Shown: positions 36,162 to 43,453 of the stretch, piece after piece
How the letters are laid out: every line of letters begins with the position of its first letter
Numbering within the stretch: the first letter of the stretch is position 1
Virus record (IMG/VR): IMGVR_UViG_3300048547_000554
Span: 1 to 46,164 of that record
Length of the DNA: 46,164 bases
Source of the DNA: a virus
Taxonomy: Duplodnaviria; Caudoviricetes
Strand: one strand, 5' to 3'
Position numbers and translations under genes: made by a program
Notes under the pieces: generated by a model
What the model was told of the DNA's origin: nothing
Database searches by the model: none
What the model saw: only the letters and a program-made list of their open reading frames with translations

Positions 36162-37742
36162 CTAATTGCTACTTATAAAGATCGGCATTGGCATTTCGTA
36201 ATCCTCTTCGTGATCTACTTGTGTAAACGTATTATAAACAGTTGGATCCCAATCTTTCATAACATTTATAATCCTCAATGTTAAAATTAACGCACTAACC
36301 AAATCGTCAGTGTTTCCTGGTTTTGCTTGGAAACTACTTCCTGTAGCAATAAACCCTTTTAATTCTGTAATTAAAGGTTTGCTTCTTATTACAAGTTTAT
36401 CATTTTCTATCATAGTCTTTAATCTTGCACAAGCTGTAGTTTTACTACCGTGTGTTGTGTTGAACCCTTTGCGGAACTTCCTAATATGCCCTTTCCGTAT
36501 AGGTTCACTAATAAACAATCCTGGTATATTCTCTTCGCCAAAGTCTTGGATAACAATAAGTGCTGCTTCTCCTATACCGTTATTTTCAACACTCCAGTAA
36601 ATATTACTACCTTCACTTTTTGTTGTATCAGAAATATATTTACATATATCACGCATTACTCTAATCTGCCCAGGTATTGCTGTTAAATTATGTTTCCATT
36701 CTGCTACTTGTTCGTATGTTGGTAGTTCTAAAACTTGTATTGCAGCATTATCCCCACCTGTGCCCATTGCAGGATCTAAAGCAACTGTGTAGTTTTTGTC
36801 TAAAGACGGAGTTTTATACCAGCGCACTTGTCCCATATTTAATGTTGGATTATTTCCTTCCATAACTGCAAGTTTAAGACTATTAATTAATGTTTCATCA
36901 AATACCAAAAACTCGCAGCCGTATTCACGACGAAACTTTTCTTCGCCGATGCGCCCTATTTCGTCTATTTTCCAATCTTCATCTCTGTCTGGATGTTCGC
37001 TCCAATGTGCAATAAATGAATGAAATCCATTAATACCTACCTCACGTTCGTTACCGTGTTCATCAAACTTTTGTTCTGCTTGCTTCCAAATAGTAGCAAA
37101 TGTGTCTTCATCACTATTAGGTGTACTAGTAATAATAGCACGACCACCTGTTGCTAGTGTAGGTGATATTGATGTCCAAAACTCTTCTGCGATGTTAGGT
37201 TGCACAAATGCAAACTCGTCACAGTATAATAAAGAAATAGAAAGACCACGTCCTGTAGTTCCTGTTGTTGTTTGACTGATAATCCGTGAACCATTTTCAA
37301 ACTCTATACTACCTTTATTATAACTAGTAACACCTGCACGTATATGGTCAGGACAAAGTTCATAAACATATCTTATACGTTGCATAATCTCCTGTGCACC
37401 GGTATATTTGTGTGCAGCAATAAGGATGGTTTGATCTGGATTAAACATTGCAAACCAAGCCAAATATATACTTGCACAAGTTGTTTTTCCTGTTTGTCTT
37501 GGCATCATATTAATGTTGAAACGATAATTATGGTAACTATGCATAAGTCCTAATTGGTATTCAAAAGGATCGAATATAAGTTTACCTTGAACAGGATGTT
37601 GTATATGTGCAAACTTACGTGCGAAATATAGATAGCCTATATCTTTATCCATACAAGACATTAAATCTTGTATTTGCGCTTCTGTATATGTTTCCTGTTT
37701 ATTTGCTTTTTTGGTAAGGACACCGTCGAGTGATTTAGACAT
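36162..37742 (-). CDS. terL: Terminase large subunit, T4 gp17-like; start MSKSLDG
   Basis: PRQTGKTT, LYCDEFAF, ITSTPN, REYGCEF, LDPAMGTGGD, VENN, DDLV. Confidence 0.95.
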   Translation of the reverse strand: MSKSLDGVLTKKANKQETYTEAQIQDLMSCMDKDIGYLYFARKFAHIQHPVQGKLIFDPFEYQLGLMHSYHNYRFNINMMPRQTGKTTCASIYLAWFAMFNPDQTILIAAHKYTGAQEIMQRIRYVYELCPDHIRAGVTSYNKGSIEFENGSRIISQTTTGTTGRGLSISLLYCDEFAFVQPNIAEEFWTSISPTLATGGRAIITSTPNSDEDTFATIWKQAEQKFDEHGNEREVGINGFHSFIAHWSEHPDRDEDWKIDEIGRIGEEKFRREYGCEFLVFDETLINSLKLAVMEGNNPTLNMGQVRWYKTPSLDKNYTVALDPAMGTGGDNAAIQVLELPTYEQVAEWKHNLTAIPGQIRVMRDICKYISDTTKSEGSNIYWSVENNGIGEAALIVIQDFGEENIPGLFISEPIRKGHIRKFRKGFNTTHGSKTTACARLKTMIENDKLVIRSKPLITELKGFIATGSSFQAKPGNTDDLVSALILTLRIINVMKDWDPTVYNTFTQVDHEEDYEMPMPIFISSN

Positions 37743-37755
37743 ATTGTATTTAATC

Positions 37756-37782
37756 AAAAAAATAGCGCCCGAAGGCGCTATT
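37756..37782 (-). terminator. Intrinsic terminator
   Basis: AATAGCGCC-TTCG-GGCGCTA followed by T7. Confidence 0.85.
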
Positions 37783-37802
37783 GAGTTCTGGGGGTATTTA
37801 CT

Positions 37803-38816
37803 TTATTTTTTCTTTTCTTGTAAAGCTGCACTTAATTGCGCACGTAATGTATCTTCTAGTGCCATTGGATTATCGCCGCCAGCAACTTTTGCATATGATT
37901 TTTTCTTCTTATGTAAGTCGTCACCGTGTGGTATACTTGCACTTACATCGTTGCTGTAAACTTCGTCTGGAGCACTTGGTTCGTCGTCATATTCGTCTCC
38001 CATTACTCCATCATCTTCTTCTGTAGCAGAAATCATTCTTACCATATCGCCCATATCTGGTTCTGAATCGCAACCGCAAGAAGAATCTTGATTTATATCA
38101 TTTGCATCAACTGCTTTTGCATCTGCTGCTCCAGCTAGTTGCATCATACGAATTAAATCCTCTGCACTACCCGAAATAGTTATATCTTCATTTATAGGTG
38201 TATTTGTGTTGTTTGTACTTGCCATCTGGTTACTCCTTGGTACATTTGGATTACCGCTTTGTGTATTTCTAGATGGAGGTGCAAAACTTTTGCTTTGAAT
38301 TTTTTGATTTTTATTATTATCAGGTGCAGCTAGTTTTTCTAATCTTTTCATAGTATTAGGACCTACAATACCATCAACTTTGAGTCCTTGATTTTTTTGG
38401 AAAGTCATTACAGCTTTTGAAGTTTGTGGTCCCCATTTGCCGTCTACTTTTTTAGAGTTTTGCCCATATAATAATTTTTGTAATTCTTTTACCATAGGGC
38501 CTGTTCTAATCATTTTTTTGTTATAGTATACACCGCCTGGAGCTTTAGGTGCTGCTTGTGCTGCTTTGTTTTTGTCATAAACTGCTTGAGCAGCTCTTGC
38601 TCCTGCTTGCTCGGCATCATCGCGTCCTTGTGGAACTCTAGGTGCTTTGTCAGGATCATTCCAAGTACTACCACCTTGTGATCCACCTTGTGTTTTATTC
38701 ACTGCTTGCTGTGCTGCTTTTTTTGCTTTATTTTTTTCTAGCCCCATACCGACTAGAGCGCCCATTAACGCTGCCACTAATGGTGCTACTTCATTTATTT
38801 GTTCTTTTTTACTCAC
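37803..38816 (-). CDS. Protein with a PG_binding_1 peptidoglycan-binding domain; no catalytic domain recognised
   Basis: GPMVKELQKLL...VDGKWGPQTSKAVMTFQKNQGLKVDGIVGPNT. Confidence 0.8.
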   Translation of the reverse strand: MSKKEQINEVAPLVAALMGALVGMGLEKNKAKKAAQQAVNKTQGGSQGGSTWNDPDKAPRVPQGRDDAEQAGARAAQAVYDKNKAAQAAPKAPGGVYYNKKMIRTGPMVKELQKLLYGQNSKKVDGKWGPQTSKAVMTFQKNQGLKVDGIVGPNTMKRLEKLAAPDNNKNQKIQSKSFAPPSRNTQSGNPNVPRSNQMASTNNTNTPINEDITISGSAEDLIRMMQLAGAADAKAVDANDINQDSSCGCDSEPDMGDMVRMISATEEDDGVMGDEYDDEPSAPDEVYSNDVSASIPHGDDLHKKKKSYAKVAGGDNPMALEDTLRAQLSAALQEKKK

Positions 38817-39367
38817 GATAATACCGCCTTACTATTTTCAACATCGCCAATGTCTTTGCTTTCACCTGTTGGCACTTCTGCCATTGGATCAACTTCGCGA
38901 TCTTTGCGAGATGCTTCTAATTCTTTTAATAAATCCATTACTCTATTTGCTCCAGCATTTTCCTGTGCTGATTCACCACCTAATTCTTCTTGTGTAAGTT
39001 TTGCTATATATTCTTCGTCGTCTTTTTCTTGCTGATAAAGTTCTTGTGGTTCGTTAGGGTTACGTACAATTATATGGCTTTGTGGAACTTTGCAAACACT
39101 TCCTAAGTATTCTTGTAATACTCTACTAGTTGTTGGATACATTAAATCCACTTCATAGTAGTGTACTTCTGTATTCTCCAACTGTGGAAAATCTAGTGGG
39201 CGTTCTTGAATTGGTGTTTTTTTGCCTGTTGACATTTTGCCAACGCCAAATTTTTGCAATCCTCTTTCCATATGATCTTCAAAATGTTCAGGTAGTTCAC
39301 CTGCCACGCCTACTTTAAAAGAATATACTTTTTTGGATTCGGCTAAGTACTCTGTAAAACTTTTCAT
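38813..39367 (-). CDS. Hypothetical protein with an N-terminus resembling the T4 capsid-targeting sequence
   Basis: MKSFTEYLAES. Confidence 0.7.
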   Translation of the reverse strand: MKSFTEYLAESKKVYSFKVGVAGELPEHFEDHMERGLQKFGVGKMSTGKKTPIQERPLDFPQLENTEVHYYEVDLMYPTTSRVLQEYLGSVCKVPQSHIIVRNPNEPQELYQQEKDDEEYIAKLTQEELGGESAQENAGANRVMDLLKELEASRKDREVDPMAEVPTGESKDIGDVENSKAVLS

Positions 39368-39387
39368 AATTGTATTCCTATTATAAA

Positions 39388-39876
39388 CTATTTATCTTTA
39401 TCTAGACCTTTTAAGCGTTCAAGTAGACTATTTCTGTCAGTGACAACATATCCTTCACCATTGACTATACCATCAGGAGCTACGCCGCCGTCTTTGTCCA
39501 TTTTTTCTTTTTTAAGTTGCAAGTCTACCATCTTTAATTTTTTATCTAGTTTTGCAATTTTAGCATCTAATGATGTTTTAAGCATTGTTCCTGCTACTTC
39601 AAACACTCTGCCGGAATATCTTGACTCTACGTTCATACCTAAATCCATTAAATCATCGTATGCAGTCATAGCTTTGTTTGCAACTTCATTAAGTTCTTTG
39701 TCTGCCATATCTCCTAAGCCTTTAACAGCAGGCAGAGCACTTGCAATTTTATCAAAGTCGGCAATATCTCTAAATGTATCTTCTTGTTCTACAATAGCAT
39801 TTTGTGCTTTTTCTTTATTTTCTTCTTTGATATCATCAGGTGCAATATTTAATAAATCTTCTAGTTTTTTGGTCAT
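39388..39876 (-). CDS. Probable terminase small subunit (T4 gp16-like)
   Basis: Helical 162 aa, RVFEVAGTML, C-terminal VVTDRNSLL; near terL. Confidence 0.55.
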   Translation of the reverse strand: MTKKLEDLLNIAPDDIKEENKEKAQNAIVEQEDTFRDIADFDKIASALPAVKGLGDMADKELNEVANKAMTAYDDLMDLGMNVESRYSGRVFEVAGTMLKTSLDAKIAKLDKKLKMVDLQLKKEKMDKDGGVAPDGIVNGEGYVVTDRNSLLERLKGLDKDK

Positions 39877-39905
39877 AATATTATTCCATTATATGCTACT
39901 ATTAT

Positions 39906-40532
39906 TTAGTCAATATTATTGGTTAGTGCATTTATTTTTTGTTGTGCTGTCCATACTATACTTGTCCTAGCAGTTATCCAATGTGTGTAATCTTGTAATT
40001 CTTGTTTGTTTTCTGTCTTAAGTTGTTGTTCGCTTTTATGTTGATACTGTACTAAATTTTCTATTTGCCAAATATTCATAGGATGATCTGTTGTAGGTGG
40101 ATTATTTAACATTGTTTTTGCTTGTTCTACAACTTTTTGTGCTGCACTAGGTGTGAATACACTTGCTGACACTCCTCCTAAGTACCCTCTTTTTTGTCTT
40201 TGTATACGCCATTGTTCTACATCAATTTTAGGAAAGTTTTGTTTTTTGACTGCTAAACAATTTATCTGTGTACATAATATATTTTCTTTTTTGTAATAAG
40301 GTAAACAAAGCCAACGTAGTAGATAAAAGTGTTCTCTTGTAGGATTAGTAGGAAATAAATTTGTAACATCTACACTTTCTACTTTGTATTTCTTACATTT
40401 TTGTATAATACTGTTGCTTGGTTTATACAAAGCAATTATTTTTTTATTGTTATAAAATTTATTTAATTGTTTAATCCATAAATCAAAGTAAAGATTAAAG
40501 TATACAGGATCAGCTGCACAATATATTATCAT
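39906..40532 (-). CDS. Hypothetical protein, possibly a degenerate GT-A
   Basis: IYCAADPVYF...LLRWL...ILCTQINCL; visibly AT-rich. Confidence 0.5.
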   Translation of the reverse strand: MIIYCAADPVYFNLYFDLWIKQLNKFYNNKKIIALYKPSNSIIQKCKKYKVESVDVTNLFPTNPTREHFYLLRWLCLPYYKKENILCTQINCLAVKKQNFPKIDVEQWRIQRQKRGYLGGVSASVFTPSAAQKVVEQAKTMLNNPPTTDHPMNIWQIENLVQYQHKSEQQLKTENKQELQDYTHWITARTSIVWTAQQKINALTNNID

Positions 40533-40966
40533 CTACGTTTGCCTTGATGAAATATATCTCCTTCATTTACAACTCGAAACAGCATACCCTTTTGTTTACA
40601 ATAGGCTCTAGCTGCTGACCATTTTGCTTGATTCACTGCGTAGTGCAATTGATTAGTTCTACTACGGCCTGCTTTCTCTAATGTAGTTTGATTTGATGGT
40701 TTTACTTCAACCAGTTCAACTTTTTGTTTACCTGTACGATCAACATAAACCATAAAAAAGTCAGGAACATAAATTGTGTACTTTCCACTTAGTGGGTTTC
40801 TGTAGGGTATTTTTACTGCTTCACTTGCCCATTTTGTTATATTTTCATTTGTATCACACATACGCATAAAAGCGTATTCCCAACTACTTCTATATGTTGG
40901 CGTTCTGCCTCCTATATATTTGCTAGGATTTTTAAGCGCATACTTTCCTTGAGCAAAACGAGCCAT
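40529..40966 (-). CDS. Head completion nuclease, T4 gp4-like (TnsA-type PD-(D/E)xK)
   Basis: YRSSWE, KWASE, IPY, YVPDF, VEVKP. Confidence 0.88.
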   Translation of the reverse strand: MARFAQGKYALKNPSKYIGGRTPTYRSSWEYAFMRMCDTNENITKWASEAVKIPYRNPLSGKYTIYVPDFFMVYVDRTGKQKVELVEVKPSNQTTLEKAGRSRTNQLHYAVNQAKWSAARAYCKQKGMLFRVVNEGDIFHQGKRR

Positions 40967-41346
40967 TACAACACAATATTTCTAGCTTCTCTACTTTGTA
41001 CCAATGGTAACACTTGATAACCTAATGCACTTGATTTACTTCTGTTTACATTAATAATTGTGGTAACTAATTTACTAATTTGTACTTCGGTTAATCCTTT
41101 TAAAGTATCTAAAATACTATACACAGGTGTCTTTTCTAATTCAGCTTGCTGTAATATTACAGTAGATACAGCAATAGCACTTTGTTTTTCAAAACCTCTT
41201 TTTTCAAAAAAACCAACAACACTATCTACTTGATTAGATGTAAAATTAATTTGTTTGGTAAAATATTTGTTAAAGAATTCTTTTACTTCTCCTGCACTAT
41301 CTTGATTTTTTGATATACCTGCTATATCTGTGTAATTATTACTCAT
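40966..41346 (-). CDS. Hypothetical protein (126 aa)
   Basis: Tiles in the structural operon. Confidence 0.7.
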   Translation of the reverse strand: MSNNYTDIAGISKNQDSAGEVKEFFNKYFTKQINFTSNQVDSVVGFFEKRGFEKQSAIAVSTVILQQAELEKTPVYSILDTLKGLTEVQISKLVTTIINVNRSKSSALGYQVLPLVQSREARNIVL

Positions 41347-42674
41347 TGCGCATTCCTTATATTATCAAAATTATCTATTGCAACTTGTCCAAACGCATCT
41401 TTTTGTGATCTACTTAAACTATTCCAACTTTCTTTTCTATCGTTTAAATTTCCCGATTGTTGTGAATTAAAGTAAAGATTTCTAAATGCAAAGTCGTCTT
41501 TGGCTTGTTGATTATTATTTAAAACATTCAAAGCATCATTACGTGGTAAGCTGAAGATACTATTATTATTATCTGCAAGTTGTAATGATTGTGTTTGTGC
41601 AGCAGTATTTCCAGAAGGAAATACTGCGTTGTTCAATCCGTTTATAGCAGAAGTTGCAAATATAGCTAATGCACCATTTAAAATAGAATCTTTTTCTGCA
41701 TTTAGATCAGCATTTGATAAATTTTTAATATTCCTAATCGTGTTTATACCAGTTAATACAGTGCCTATATTACTATTACCATTTTCTATATCTTTAAACA
41801 CAGATGTAATACCACTTAAAATACCACCGTCTCCGAATAAATTAGTTGAGCCTCCACCTTCTATAGATAATGGACTAGGTGTAACATCGTAATGTGATGG
41901 ATCAGCAAAGCCTGCTGGATTGTCTTGTGTAGTCAACCCTCTGCCATACATAACAGATTCATACTCAACTTGCATTTCGTTTTTTGTAAAACTATTTGAC
42001 CCTTGTTCGAGATTATCGTGTCTTAAACTAGTTATCAAAGGATTTACCATTGTATAACTAGTAAATGTACTTTGTCCACTATTACCGTGCAATTGATTTA
42101 TTGTAATACTATTAAAGAAAGGTGCTGATGGTCTAGTTTTGTCCAAGCCATATCTGTAACTGTTCCTAATGTCACTTCCGTATATATTATCAGGATTGTT
42201 AATATAAGGTAACGGTACCGTTGTATCAGGTTGTCCTGCAGCATTTTTTCTTGCATAATTTGGATCTTGGTAGTAATATCTAAAATATGTTTCCCATAGT
42301 AATGTTGTTAAACCTGCATTATCATCGTGGAATGTAAGACTTACAGGATCATATCTCAATCCTGTTTGTATAAGTTTTTTCCTATTGTATTGATTCTTTG
42401 TATCAGTTTGTAAAGTGTAACTAGGCAAATCTGCTGATGATACTAATAGATTAAATTCTTTTTTGTTTAGTAATTGTCCTACTGAGTTTCCCAATGATGC
42501 TAGGGCAACTTGATTTATATCAAATACAACGTGATATAAAAATTTGAAGTTAGGTGCAAGGCGTAAATTATTGCGCACATACAATGCACTAGCGTGAGCA
42601 TAGTCGCCCATATTGCCTTTAGGATTTCCTAAAGAACTAGTAAAATTATCAAAGAATCCATTAAACTTACTCAT
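41343..42674 (-). CDS. Tail-tube-like baseplate protein (gp48/gp54-like)
   Basis: ADLPSY...YDPVSLTFHDD...MVNPLIT...VEYE tube-fold pattern; follows the tube gene. Confidence 0.6.
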   Translation of the reverse strand: MSKFNGFFDNFTSSLGNPKGNMGDYAHASALYVRNNLRLAPNFKFLYHVVFDINQVALASLGNSVGQLLNKKEFNLLVSSADLPSYTLQTDTKNQYNRKKLIQTGLRYDPVSLTFHDDNAGLTTLLWETYFRYYYQDPNYARKNAAGQPDTTVPLPYINNPDNIYGSDIRNSYRYGLDKTRPSAPFFNSITINQLHGNSGQSTFTSYTMVNPLITSLRHDNLEQGSNSFTKNEMQVEYESVMYGRGLTTQDNPAGFADPSHYDVTPSPLSIEGGGSTNLFGDGGILSGITSVFKDIENGNSNIGTVLTGINTIRNIKNLSNADLNAEKDSILNGALAIFATSAINGLNNAVFPSGNTAAQTQSLQLADNNNSIFSLPRNDALNVLNNNQQAKDDFAFRNLYFNSQQSGNLNDRKESWNSLSRSQKDAFGQVAIDNFDNIRNAQ

Positions 42675-42710
42675 AACGTATTTATCATTTTACAAAAACA
42701 CGTACATAAT

Positions 42711-42740
42711 AAAAAAAGGAGCCATAAAGACTCCTTTTTG
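42711..42740 (-). terminator. Intrinsic terminator after the tail tube gene
   Basis: AAAAAGGAGTC-TTTAT-GGCTCC-T7 on the minus strand. Confidence 0.75.
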
Positions 42741-42760
42741 TGCAATCTCTATGTTATGTG

Positions 42761-43387
42761 TTAGCTGCCGCCACCTGTTGAAAGGCTGCTTACATTTCTT
42801 GCTACTGTACTACCTACGCCTGTTCCGACTGGTGTTTGGATTGCGTTATCGTACATAATTGTAAGTGCAACTGTTACTGGATCACTACTTGCATAAGCAA
42901 CTGACCCATAATCGACTGATGTTAGGTATGCACCGTAAATTTCCCAAGTTTCTAAAACATTTGGAGCATTTACACCGTTACCACCATCTAGTATTTCTAA
43001 ACGCTGTGTGAACTTGTAATCAATACCTGATGCAGCACTTGCTTGTTCGAAGAAATCAAATTGCTTCTGTAGTTGCTCGCCGACTAGCTTAGTAACATTT
43101 CCGTTTACATCATCTCGCAAGTTGACAGTAATTTCATTCCAGCTGTGCTTACCAGCAATGTTTACTTTACTGTTGTAAACGTGTAGTTCTTGATTTTCAA
43201 AACTAATTGTTGGACGACTTGCATCTATAACTTGTTTTGTAAGTTCCTGTGTTTCATTTGATACACCAAAATTTTCTAGTGTAACACGGAAACGATATTG
43301 TAACTTTGGCATAAGCAAACCTTGGTTGGTTGCGCTTGTATCATTTGCCAAAGGCACTGTAATATTTGTGAGTGTTGAGATTGCCAT
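42761..43387 (-). CDS. Tail tube protein (gp19-like)
   Basis: PKLQYRFRV, AGKHSWNEITVNLRDD, WEIYGAY, IMYDNA; downstream of sheath; AGGAG RBS and TAAATA box. Confidence 0.85.
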   Translation of the reverse strand: MAISTLTNITVPLANDTSATNQGLLMPKLQYRFRVTLENFGVSNETQELTKQVIDASRPTISFENQELHVYNSKVNIAGKHSWNEITVNLRDDVNGNVTKLVGEQLQKQFDFFEQASAASGIDYKFTQRLEILDGGNGVNAPNVLETWEIYGAYLTSVDYGSVAYASSDPVTVALTIMYDNAIQTPVGTGVGSTVARNVSSLSTGGGS

Positions 43388-43418
43388 ATATAACTCCTAT
43401 CTACAAGTATTTATCATT

Positions 43419-43447
43419 GTAGGATGTTAAATTAATAACACCCTACT
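43419..43447 (-). other. Hairpin between sheath and tube genes
   Basis: GTAGGGTGTTA-TTAATT-TAACATCCTAC; no U tract. Confidence 0.5.
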
Positions 43448-43453
43448 TAATGA

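Noticed and set aside
37756-37800. Small RNA from TAAATA at 37795-37800 to the UUCG terminator
   Set aside because: Only about 35 nt, mostly the terminator itself; the hexamer is common in AT-rich DNA
40529-40966. Tn7 TnsA transposase or homing endonuclease
   Set aside because: Size, motifs and context fit the gp4 head-completion nuclease; no transposon genes or ends
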